Assembly (NCBI GenBank): GCA_964344235.1
Contig: CAYFMJ010000001.1
Span: forward strand, 1-24,000
Origin: an uncultured Methanosarcinales archaeon
Lineage (GTDB): Archaea > Nanobdellota > Nanobdellia > Woesearchaeales > GW2011-AR9
DNA: 24,000 nucleotides
Reading direction: 5' to 3'
Position numbers and translations under genes: made by a program. The notes beneath the pieces are model-generated. The model saw nothing but the letters and a program-made list of their open reading frames with translations, ran no database searches and was not told the DNA's origin. Shown here in pieces: positions 1-7,981 of the stretch (positions are counted from its first letter, which is position 1; every line of letters starts with the position of its first letter).

Positions 1-119
1 AGCTAAGAAATGTGTAGTAGTTTCGTGTTGTGTAGCAGTTTCGGGATATTAGATATAGGGGAAGATACCTACTCCACAATAGTTAACAAACTTAATAACG
101 GGACTTCGCTTGTGAATCA

Positions 120-932
120 GTGATGGACTTTAAAATAGAGAAAAAAGCGAATGAAAATATGCATAAATATCCGACAGAGGATATGAAAATTGCGAAGAAG
201 TTTGCTGATATTTTGAAAAAAGAGTTAGGGGATTTTCTGATGGGTGTTGCAGTGTTTGGTAGTGCATCCAGGCACGAATCAGGTCCGAAGAGTGATATTG
301 ATGTTCTCTTGGTAACGGATGATGCCTCGTATGTGATCACAGAGCCTTTAGTTGAGGGGTATAGAATTATTGTTGATAGTGCTATTCAGAGAGTTTCATT
401 AAAATTGCATGTAACGTCAATGACCTTTACGTCTTTCTGGGAACATGTGAAGGCTGGCGATCCAGTTGTGGTCAATATTTTACGGGACGGATATGCGTTG
501 CAGGATAGAGGGTTCTTTGAGCCGTTACAATTATTGTTGAAGTCTGGAAAGATGCGGCCAACGGACGAGAGTGTCTGGCGATATTTTGGGAGAGCTCCTA
601 AGACGTTGTTAAATTCTCGATGGCATGTGTTGCAAGCAACGCTTGATTTGTATTGGGCTGTCATCGATTCGGCGCATGCAGCATTGATGCGAGCGCAGCA
701 ACTTCCGCCAACACCGGAACATGTAGCAGACATGTTAGAGAAAGCGTTTGTCAAACGGAAGTTACTTGAGAAAAAGTATGCGGATACAATGCGGCGGTTT
801 TATAGGTTGAGTAAGATGATTACGCATCGAGAGATTAAAGAAGTGTCTGGGCAGGAATTTGAACATTATTACGATGAAGCGGAAGCGTTTGTGAAGCGGA
901 TGAAAACGTTGATTGAACGACGATCGTATTAA
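120..932 (+). CDS. Pol-beta-like nucleotidyltransferase domain protein with helical (possibly HEPN-like) C-terminal domain
   Basis: 270-aa ORF; canonical NTase motif GSASRHESGPKSDIDVLLV (GS...DxD); helical C-terminus containing RLSKMITH. GTG at 120 or ATG at 123 as start. Confidence 0.8.
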   Translation: MMDFKIEKKANENMHKYPTEDMKIAKKFADILKKELGDFLMGVAVFGSASRHESGPKSDIDVLLVTDDASYVITEPLVEGYRIIVDSAIQRVSLKLHVTSMTFTSFWEHVKAGDPVVVNILRDGYALQDRGFFEPLQLLLKSGKMRPTDESVWRYFGRAPKTLLNSRWHVLQATLDLYWAVIDSAHAALMRAQQLPPTPEHVADMLEKAFVKRKLLEKKYADTMRRFYRLSKMITHREIKEVSGQEFEHYYDEAEAFVKRMKTLIERRSY

Positions 933-1264
933 TGAAGTTTTTTACCGTTTTCTGTTGGTTTATCAACGGTTGCAAGAATAATTCCATTTTCGTTATCAAA
1001 CCCTAACGTAAGAACTTCCGACATTAGTGGACCAATTTGTTTCGGTGGGAAGTTAACAACACATAACGCTTGTTTGTTGATTAATTCTTCTTTTGTATAT
1101 TGTTGTGTTATTTGGGCGCTTGATTTTTTGATACCAAGTTCTCCGAGATCAATCTGTAATTTGTACGCTGGCTTACGTGCTTCTGGGAAATCTTCTACTT
1201 TTACGATTGTACCAACACGGATGTCTACTTTTGTGAAGTCGTTGTAGGTTATTGGGGTTGTCAT
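929..1264 (-). CDS. csaA: CsaA-like / MetRS-beta-like tRNA-binding domain protein
   Basis: 111 aa, matches family signature DFTKVDIRVGTIVKVEDFPEARKPAYKLQIDLG...KKSSAQIT..YTKEELI...VVNFPPKQIG..MSEVLTLG. Confidence 0.88.
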   Translation of the reverse strand: MTTPITYNDFTKVDIRVGTIVKVEDFPEARKPAYKLQIDLGELGIKKSSAQITQQYTKEELINKQALCVVNFPPKQIGPLMSEVLTLGFDNENGIILATVDKPTENGKKLH

Positions 1265-1325
1265 TTTATTGTTTTAGTAGCAACACTAGAAACCTTTAAT
1301 AATCTATTTGTTATTCTACCCGTTG

Positions 1326-3026
1326 ATGAAAAAGACTGTGAGGGGGTTTGTTCTAAAGAATGCGTTAGACTTTGGAGGTAGTGTTAACCCGAAAGCGGTT
1401 TTGGGTTTAGTATTACGGTCACATCCGGAGTTGAAAAAAGATGTGCCAAGTGTGTTAAAAGAGATTGAAACAGTTGTGAAAGAGGTTGATGGGTTATCTC
1501 CGGAAGATATCAAAGAAGAGTTAGAAAAAGTTGCTCCCGAATTATTACGTGAAGTTGCGCCAGAGAAAGTGAAAGGGCCTTTGAAGGAATTGCCAAATGC
1601 GACGAAAGGGAAGGTTGTTGTACGGATCGCACCATCTCCATCTGGAACGTTACACATTGGTCATGCGTACGGAGCGTCATTAAATTATGAGTATGCAAAG
1701 ATGTATGGTGGTAAGTTCATTCTTAGGATAGAGGATACGAACCCGGAAAATATTTACGATAAAGCGTATGAATTAATTGAGGAGGATGCAAAGTGGTTAA
1801 CAGAAGATCACGTAGCAGAGGTTGTTGTACAATCAGAGAGGTTGGGACTATATTACGATGCAGCGGAAGCGTTAGTGGCGGCAGGGAATGCGTATGTATG
1901 TGAGTGTAATGCAGACACATGGAGAGAGATGAAGAATGATGGGAAAGCGTGTGCGTGTCGAGAGTTAGAGGTTAAGGAACAGCAGGTGCGGTACGCAAAG
2001 ATGTTTGATGAATACGTTGAGGGGGAAGCGGTGTTGCGGTTGAAGACTGACATCCAACATAAAAACCCCGCAATGAGGGATTTTGCAATTATGCGGATTA
2101 ATCAACATGTGCATCCAAAGACGGGAAAGGATAATCGAGTGTGGCCGTTAATGGTGTTATCAGTTGCGGTAGATGATCATGACTTGGGTATTACGCATGT
2201 GTTAAACGGCAAAGACCACACAGACAATGCAAAGAAGGAAGCGATGATTATGAAGATGCTAGGGTGGGGGGTGCCAGAGTATAAGCATTGGGGCAGAATT
2301 AATTTTGAAGGGTTTACCATAAGTAGTTCCAAAACGAGAATTGCCATTGAACAGAATGAATATACGGGATGGGATGATATCCGGTTACCATTCATGCCCG
2401 CGTTACGTAGAAGGGGGTATCAGCCGGAAGCGTTTCGGAAGTTTGCAACAGAAATTGGGTTGAGTTTGAATGATAAGAGTGTGACGCGGGAAGAGTTTTG
2501 GAAAATGGTTAATGCGTTCAACAAAGAGATTGTTGAAGAGAAAGCAAATCGGTATTTCTTTGTGGAGAAGCCAATAGAAGTTGAGATTGAATGGATGCCT
2601 ACGAAGACCGTGAAGTTAGATTTGCATCCAGACTTTCCGAAGCGAGGAAAGCGAGAGTTGGGAGTGGGGAATAAGTTCTACGTGGCTCGTGTGGATTATG
2701 AACAGTTAGAGGAAAGGAAAATACACCGGCTAATTGATTGTTGTAATTTTATTGTTGAAGAAGGAAAGTGTAAGTTTGTTTCAGAGGAATACATTGCATA
2801 CAAAGATGCAAGTAATAGAGGGAGGATCATCCATTGGCTACCGGTTTCTACAGAAGTTGTTGATGTAGAAGTGATGTTAGAAAATGGAAGTGTTGCTAAA
2901 GGAGTTGGCGAGAAAGGATTAGTTGAGTTGAAAGAAGGAACGATTGTGCAGCTGGAACGATGTTATTTTGCTCGTGTTGATCACGTGGAAAAAGACAGAG
3001 TGGTGCTGTGGTATTTACATAGATAA
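1326..3026 (+). CDS. gltX: Glutamate--tRNA ligase, archaeal type
   Basis: HIGH motif (RIAPSPSGTLHIGHAYG), class I catalytic Lys region (ISSSKTRIA), archaeal GluRS body and C-terminal beta-barrel. The ORF track start at 1308 is TTG; ATG at 1326 (MKKTVRGFVLKNAL) is more likely. Confidence 0.93.
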   Translation: MKKTVRGFVLKNALDFGGSVNPKAVLGLVLRSHPELKKDVPSVLKEIETVVKEVDGLSPEDIKEELEKVAPELLREVAPEKVKGPLKELPNATKGKVVVRIAPSPSGTLHIGHAYGASLNYEYAKMYGGKFILRIEDTNPENIYDKAYELIEEDAKWLTEDHVAEVVVQSERLGLYYDAAEALVAAGNAYVCECNADTWREMKNDGKACACRELEVKEQQVRYAKMFDEYVEGEAVLRLKTDIQHKNPAMRDFAIMRINQHVHPKTGKDNRVWPLMVLSVAVDDHDLGITHVLNGKDHTDNAKKEAMIMKMLGWGVPEYKHWGRINFEGFTISSSKTRIAIEQNEYTGWDDIRLPFMPALRRRGYQPEAFRKFATEIGLSLNDKSVTREEFWKMVNAFNKEIVEEKANRYFFVEKPIEVEIEWMPTKTVKLDLHPDFPKRGKRELGVGNKFYVARVDYEQLEERKIHRLIDCCNFIVEEGKCKFVSEEYIAYKDASNRGRIIHWLPVSTEVVDVEVMLENGSVAKGVGEKGLVELKEGTIVQLERCYFARVDHVEKDRVVLWYLHR

Positions 3027-3039
3027 AGGGGGTTTTACA

Positions 3040-3507
3040 ATGGGAAAAATATCAAGAGATACGCCTTTGGCGGAGATTACATTACGGCGGTATGAAAAGC
3101 CGACGATGGGTGAAAGAGAGTTAGTACGGAAGTTGTGTTTGTCTTTAGGTTTGTTACAACCTGGAGATTCTCGCGACGTGATGGTCGATGTGTTGCATCA
3201 ATTATTGATGGCTAGGCAAAGGCGGGAAGAGTTGCATTCGGAGGAAGTAAAGAATTTAGTGATGAGTTACCGGAAGAAGAATGGATTACCAATGTTAGGA
3301 ATTGCTTCGTCTAATATTCGAAGGCAGTTGAAGCGGTTAAAAGATTTACATTTGATTGAAACGAACGCTAATTTGTATAGAATTGCAGAGTGGAATAATG
3401 TGACGGAGATTTTTGAGGAGAAAATTCACAATTTCGTGTTACAGTCTGTGGTTTCTCGCGTTAGGGATTATGTGAAGAAAGTGGATGAGGAGTTTAAGGC
3501 CAATTAA
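3040..3507 (+). CDS. Hypothetical archaeal protein, possible winged-helix type
   Basis: ATG at 3040 (MGKISRDTPLAEITLRRYEKP...), 13 nt after gltX stop; helical region IASSNIRRQLKRLKDLHLIETNANLYRI resembles a wHTH. The 2944 start in the ORF track overlaps gltX and is unlikely. Confidence 0.7.
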   Translation: MGKISRDTPLAEITLRRYEKPTMGERELVRKLCLSLGLLQPGDSRDVMVDVLHQLLMARQRREELHSEEVKNLVMSYRKKNGLPMLGIASSNIRRQLKRLKDLHLIETNANLYRIAEWNNVTEIFEEKIHNFVLQSVVSRVRDYVKKVDEEFKAN

Positions 3508-4055
3508 GAGGATGTTGGATCGAAGTGTAGTTTCCGGTAAAACTCCGGAGTGACCTGCGCTTTAAGTAAGTTTGATACAACTAAAATTCTATGGTCTCTC
3601 CCATCATACCCTCGAGGCACAAGGACTAAGTCTGTTTCATTTCCATCAGTTTGGCCACATAACTCAGCGAGGGTGGCACCTAGGGCATATAGTGTCCAAT
3701 CTCTCCCGGCTCTTTCTCCTGGCCAGGGTACTTCACCCATGTGAGACTGATAAGCGGCTGGTGCATCGCTGACCAATTCAGGTAGAGAGGGAAGGTCTGA
3801 TTCGTTGATTAAGTAAGGGTGATCCTAAGGTATCCTTAAATCATCCGTTTCAAAAAGTACTAGGCCGTTTGTGTGATTGACTGTAACCCTGGAGAGAACA
3901 GTTAAAGAAAAGTTGCTTCCTTCCCTAGGTTCAAGAAAGATCACAGTTTGGTTGGGGGCAAAATAATCACCAGAAACCCAATATAACTTCTGGTGGTCTA
4001 ATTCTCCACCATTTGGATCATAAAGAGCAAAATCAGACTCAATCGGGTCAATCAT
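3504..4055 (-). pseudogene. Composite ~183-codon frame with a single in-frame amber codon (nonsense-disrupted gene or readthrough candidate)
   Basis: ORFs 3825..4055 and 3504..3776 are in the same minus frame; the 48 nt between them are open after TAG: ...TDDLRIP*DHPYLINESDLPSLPELVSDAPAAYQSHMGEVPWPG... Confidence 0.5.
3825..4055 (-). CDS. Hypothetical protein, upstream part of an ORF interrupted by TAG
   Basis: ATG at 4055, TATA-like TTTAAATAA about 25 nt upstream on the minus strand; ends in TAG at 3827..3825. Confidence 0.55.
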   Translation of the reverse strand: MIDPIESDFALYDPNGGELDHQKLYWVSGDYFAPNQTVIFLEPREGSNFSLTVLSRVTVNHTNGLVLFETDDLRIP

Positions 4056-4103
4056 AAAAAAAATGAGAAAGTGTTATTTAAAAAGATTATTAATGTGGAA
4101 AAC

Positions 4104-4367
4104 CTAAATAATATCTTCCTCGGCAACCACAATAAAGTCACCAGTTGCAATGACTGCGGAGAATGGAATCAAAATGTTGCCTTCTCTTGATTTCTCTAAT
4201 TCCATTCTGTCTGTGTATGATGTTGGGTTTCGTAATAGTAAGTGGATTAGTTCTCCAGAACCTACTTCAAAAATTAAATCTCCAACATCTCCAAACTTTT
4301 TTCCCGATTTAGAAACTATTGTTTTTCCTAGGAGTTCTTTAGAATAACTTTTTTCGCGATCTACCAT
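4104..4367 (-). CDS. PRC-barrel domain protein
   Basis: 87 aa; LLGKTIVSKSGKKFGDVGDLIFEVGSGELIHLLL...ILIPFSAVIATGDFIVV fits PRC-barrel. Confidence 0.82.
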   Translation of the reverse strand: MVDREKSYSKELLGKTIVSKSGKKFGDVGDLIFEVGSGELIHLLLRNPTSYTDRMELEKSREGNILIPFSAVIATGDFIVVAEEDII

Positions 4368-4492
4368 GACAATTCACCCTCGTTTTAGCTTTATTTACGG
4401 AGAGAAGAGAAGAAAGTGACTATATAAAGTTTGCGGTGGTCTGATTATTATGATGCAAAAGCTTAATATAATTCTGTGTAGGAGTTAGAGTT

Positions 4493-5284
4493 ATGTGGGT
4501 GCATAATCTCGATCCAGTACTGGTGCCTCTCGGCCCCGTAGAAATTAGGTGGTATGGTTTAGTATATGTATTTGGTTTTCTTCTGAGTATCTGGTGGCTG
4601 CAATATATGCGGAAGCAAGGTAAGTTAGACCTAACATCTGATGAAATTTGGGATTTTATGCTATATCTAATTATTGGAGTATTAGTAGGTGCACGATTGT
4701 TTATGATTTTTTGGCAACCAGCCGATTTTCTGGCGAAACCATGGAATTTATTACGCCTCTGGGAAGGGGGGATGAGTTTCCACGGTGGTTTCGTAGGAGT
4801 TGTAGCAGCAGCGTGGTGGTATTCTAAGAAGAAAAAACTGAATTTTTGGAAGTTAGCGGATATGGTGTCTGTGCCAGCAATTTTTGCTTTGGCGTTGGGG
4901 AGGATTGCCAACTTTATTAATGGAGAGTTAGTGGGAAGAGTGTGGAATGGCCAGTGGTGTGTTGTGTTTCCTGATTTTGGGGAAGCATGTCGGCATCCGA
5001 GTACATTATATGCAGCAGGGAAGCGATTTATAGTATTTGGATGGTTAGTGTGGTTGAGTGTTTGGAAAGAGTTTAAGCCAGGTTTCATTTTCTGGAATTT
5101 CGTGATGTGGGAAGGATTAGGGAGAATTATTGTTGATTTTTATAGGGAAAATGCTGTATTTGCAGGATTTAGCTTAGGGCAATGGTTTAGTGTAATTATG
5201 GTAATTGTGGCCGTTATTGTCTTCAGAAAGCATTATGTAGAAGATTGGAAAAAGATATTTAAAAGAGAACGTAAATTAGGGTAA
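4493..5284 (+). CDS. lgt: Prolipoprotein diacylglyceryl transferase-like membrane protein
   Basis: 263 aa, multi-TM; IRWYGLVYVFGFLLS, MSFHGGFVG, LGRIANFINGELVGR, RHPSTLYAA, GRIIVDFYRE are Lgt signatures. SD-like GGAG upstream. Confidence 0.88.
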   Translation: MWVHNLDPVLVPLGPVEIRWYGLVYVFGFLLSIWWLQYMRKQGKLDLTSDEIWDFMLYLIIGVLVGARLFMIFWQPADFLAKPWNLLRLWEGGMSFHGGFVGVVAAAWWYSKKKKLNFWKLADMVSVPAIFALALGRIANFINGELVGRVWNGQWCVVFPDFGEACRHPSTLYAAGKRFIVFGWLVWLSVWKEFKPGFIFWNFVMWEGLGRIIVDFYRENAVFAGFSLGQWFSVIMVIVAVIVFRKHYVEDWKKIFKRERKLG

Positions 5285-5310
5285 AATAGGGGTGTGGTGG
5301 AGGAAAAACA

Positions 5311-5706
5311 ATGAGAAATATACTATTAGGATTATTGTTAGTAAGTGTAATGTTCCTCGCAGCTTGTTCAACGGATGCTCCTGTTACAGGGGACGGAGTT
5401 GAAGAAGTGAGTGGTGAAGCAGCACTCAGTAACAATGTGTACCAAGTTGTTGTTGATGATTTATCGTTAATTCCAGCCGATATTGATATAGAGGTTGGAG
5501 ATACGATTGAATGGGTGAATAAAGATTTTGTTTCCCACACAGTTGAATTTGACAACGGCATGTTCAGCACAGAAGTGTTACCAAGTTCAGTGGTTTCATA
5601 TAGATTCATGGAAGCAGGTTCGTTTGGGTACTTGAGTGTACCACAAGATACAGACAACCCGGAATTCGAGTTTGAGAATTTTGTTGGAACTGTGAATGTT
5701 AAATAA
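5311..5706 (+). CDS. Predicted lipoprotein with cupredoxin/plastocyanin-like fold, apparently degenerate copper site
   Basis: Signal peptide with lipobox LAAC (FLAACSTDAP); DIDIEVGDTIEWVNKDFVSHTVEF and C-terminal FVGTVNV match cupredoxins. Strong SD (TGGAGG). Confidence 0.8.
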   Translation: MRNILLGLLLVSVMFLAACSTDAPVTGDGVEEVSGEAALSNNVYQVVVDDLSLIPADIDIEVGDTIEWVNKDFVSHTVEFDNGMFSTEVLPSSVVSYRFMEAGSFGYLSVPQDTDNPEFEFENFVGTVNVK

Positions 5707-5716
5707 TTTTTATTTT

Positions 5717-6475
5717 TTATTTATCTGTTTTTATTGCTTGTTTCCAGAGGAGGTTAAAATATTCTCTATATGATTGGGCAACTTCTTTATTCTTGATCAC
5801 AAAGCAAATCTTTTGCTCCCTGGTGAAGACAATGGTCCCAACAGTATCGGCGAACATGTAAAGAAAAACAGGGGTCTTAACTCCTTTTGGTAAGAAGCGT
5901 TGCTCAACATATTTCCTCTTCTGACGGTCTTTCAGATGCCATGTTTCGTAATCATAAATAACACGTCCGGGAATTTTCAATTCAGCACGTCGTTGGTGGT
6001 GTTGGCGAAAGTATGCATGAAAGTAGAGGCTTGCTTCTTTAGAATAGCCCAAAACAAGTAACTCTTCTTTCTGGGGGTTATCAGATAAAGACATTTCAAA
6101 CAGAGTTCTAATACCTCTTGGTCCATGAAGAATCTCTGCACTCGTTTTTTCCTCCGTTGGTTGGAGCAACTCCAATTGAGGGAGTATTTTTTGAAGTTCT
6201 TTTTCTTTTGTAACGATCTCTCTGCGTTTCTTTTCTAGAAGTTCTTGAAGATTCTTGGGAGGAACTGCTTGGAACACCTTAACACGACCTTCCATCACGC
6301 TTCCAACAAGACCTTTATCTGCAAGCCTTGCAAGTATATCATAAATTTTTGACCTTGACACGTGGGCCTGTTTGATAATCTTACCAACAGAAGTTTTGCC
6401 TAACGAAAGAAGAGTGATGTAAACTTTACTCTCTCCTTTGGTAAGGCCAATCCTTTCTAATGCTTCTATATTCAT
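5717..6475 (-). CDS. TrmB family transcriptional regulator
   Basis: N-terminal wHTH (ALERIGLTKGESKVYITLLSLGKTSVGKIIKQAHVSRSKIYDILARLADKGLVGS) plus C-terminal sensor-like domain. Confidence 0.88.
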   Translation of the reverse strand: MNIEALERIGLTKGESKVYITLLSLGKTSVGKIIKQAHVSRSKIYDILARLADKGLVGSVMEGRVKVFQAVPPKNLQELLEKKRREIVTKEKELQKILPQLELLQPTEEKTSAEILHGPRGIRTLFEMSLSDNPQKEELLVLGYSKEASLYFHAYFRQHHQRRAELKIPGRVIYDYETWHLKDRQKRKYVEQRFLPKGVKTPVFLYMFADTVGTIVFTREQKICFVIKNKEVAQSYREYFNLLWKQAIKTDK

Positions 6476-6480
6476 CGGGC

Positions 6481-6571
6481 TTTGTATAGCGTATTTATTT
6501 AAAATTATTTCGTTTAGAAACCCCCCAGGGGGCCAACATATTATTAAAAGGACTTTAGCTACAAGAGACGT
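6481..6571. promoter_or_regulatory. Divergent promoter region between TrmB gene and PEP-utilizer gene with central CCCCCAGGGGG inverted repeat
   Basis: Minus-strand TATA TTTAAATA around 6495-6504 about 25 nt from the TrmB ATG; plus-strand TATTATTAAAAG at 6539-6550 about 25 nt from ATG 6572; inverted repeat at 6522-6532 between them. Confidence 0.5.
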
Positions 6572-7981
6572 ATGATAGATCCAACTGCAAAATTATTCCG
6601 TTGGGGACCGGTTCCGGGTAGATACTTTTACATGTCAGAGTTTATCCCGGTGTGTTACAAACATTTCAAAGAAAGATTTCCAAAGTGCTTTTGGCCAGAA
6701 GGGATAATCTTGTTTAAAGATAAACGAATGGTATGGGTCCATGATGATAATTCATTTAGAGATGAGGCAAGGAAGGTATTTACTCAATACACATTACATG
6801 AAAAACAACGTGAAACACTATACGGGGAGTGGTTATTCCATCTCAAAAAACTAATACGGTATCAAGAACATATTAACACAGTAGAACTTGCAAAGATTTC
6901 AAATGAGGACTTACTACAGATTTGGGAGAAGTTCTTTGAATTAGTTATTGCTTTCTGGATACCTACAATTCCACCAGAATTGGGTAATTATGGTTCTGAG
7001 AGTATATTACAAGAAGAATTGCAACAATACATTCTTGATCAAGATGAGCTGCGTGTAGCTATGGAAATTTTAACTGCTCCTGAGGAAATTTCATTTTATC
7101 AGGAAGAGGAGATCGAGCTTGCGAAGACAGAGAATATTGAAGCACACCAGAAAAAGTATTTTTGGTTGCACAACAGCTATGCTGGTGTGGATGAGTTGTG
7201 GGTTGCGAATTTCGAGGAACGGAAAAAGAACATTCCAAAAACAATCGAGGAGGAACTAGAGATTCGCATAGAAACAACAAAAGAGGAGCGGGAAGAAATC
7301 ATAAAGAGGTATGATCTACCGGAGGACATCAAAAAAATAGCAAAAGCAATTCGTGCTAACATTGTTTGGCAAGATCAACGGAAAAAATACATTTTCATCA
7401 ATTTGCACTACAAAGACTTGTTATGCAAAGAAGTTGCACGAAGGTTTAATTATGATTATAATGACTTGCTTAATGCGAATTATCAAGAAGTTGCAGAGAT
7501 CATAAATGACCAGCAGATGCAGAGAGTGCTACAAAAGCGGCGGAAGAGTTTTGGTATTCACTTTACCGAAGAAGAGAAACTTCTCAGCCCCGAGGAAGCT
7601 GCAAAAGCGTGGGATGAGTTTGCTCAAGAAAAAGTAGCCAAAGCGATTACAGAATTTACGGGGACAGTAGCGAGTAAAGGTGTAAGTCGTTTTACCCGAG
7701 GTAAAGTGAGAATAGTGTTTGATCCATTTGAAGCTGACGCTTTCAAGGAAGGAGAAATACTTGTCGCGCCAATGACCTCTCCCGAGTACGTTTTTCTGAT
7801 GAAAAAAGCTGACGCTATTATTACGGACACGGGAGGCCTTACCTGTCACGCGGCTATCGTAAGTAGGGAATTCAGCACTCCCTGCATTGTTGGAACGAGA
7901 GTAGCAACACAAGCATTGAAAGATGGGCAAACTGTTGAAGTTAATACTGAGAAAGGAATAGTTAGAATTATTGAGGATTAG
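6572..7981 (+). CDS. PEP-utilizing enzyme mobile (swivelling phosphohistidine) domain protein
   Basis: 469 aa; C-terminal GEILVAPMTSPEYVFLMKKADAIITDTGGLTCHAAIVSREFSTPCIVGTRVATQALKDGQTVEVNTEKGIVRII with TxGGxTCHAAIVSRE. No ATP-grasp half evident. Confidence 0.85.
   Translation: MIDPTAKLFRWGPVPGRYFYMSEFIPVCYKHFKERFPKCFWPEGIILFKDKRMVWVHDDNSFRDEARKVFTQYTLHEKQRETLYGEWLFHLKKLIRYQEHINTVELAKISNEDLLQIWEKFFELVIAFWIPTIPPELGNYGSESILQEELQQYILDQDELRVAMEILTAPEEISFYQEEEIELAKTENIEAHQKKYFWLHNSYAGVDELWVANFEERKKNIPKTIEEELEIRIETTKEEREEIIKRYDLPEDIKKIAKAIRANIVWQDQRKKYIFINLHYKDLLCKEVARRFNYDYNDLLNANYQEVAEIINDQQMQRVLQKRRKSFGIHFTEEEKLLSPEEAAKAWDEFAQEKVAKAITEFTGTVASKGVSRFTRGKVRIVFDPFEADAFKEGEILVAPMTSPEYVFLMKKADAIITDTGGLTCHAAIVSREFSTPCIVGTRVATQALKDGQTVEVNTEKGIVRIIED

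Noticed and set aside
11-43. Short imperfect direct repeat TGTGTAGTAGTTTCG / TGTGTAGCAGTTTCG
   Set aside because: Only two 15-nt copies with one mismatch at the window edge; too little context to call a regulatory or mobile element.
386-754. Minus-strand 122-aa ORF opposite the nucleotidyltransferase gene
   Set aside because: Antisense to a gene with clear motifs; Cys/Asn-rich composition and no start context or known motif.
1316-1657. Minus-strand 113-aa ORF within gltX
   Set aside because: Fully antisense to the well-supported GluRS gene; low-complexity Ser/Thr/Asn composition.
3550-3772. Two plus-strand ORFs (3550..3744 and 3572..3772)
   Set aside because: Both overlap the minus-strand frame 3504..4055, which has a promoter-like TATA element and a much longer open frame.
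3825-3827. Pyrrolysine (UAG) insertion as the definite explanation
   Set aside because: No pyl genes are visible and TAG ends other genes nearby, so this stays only a testable possibility.
4420-5088. Minus-strand 222-aa ORF opposite lgt
   Set aside because: Antisense to lgt, which has clear family motifs; Asn/Thr/His-rich translation is a shadow of the coding strand.
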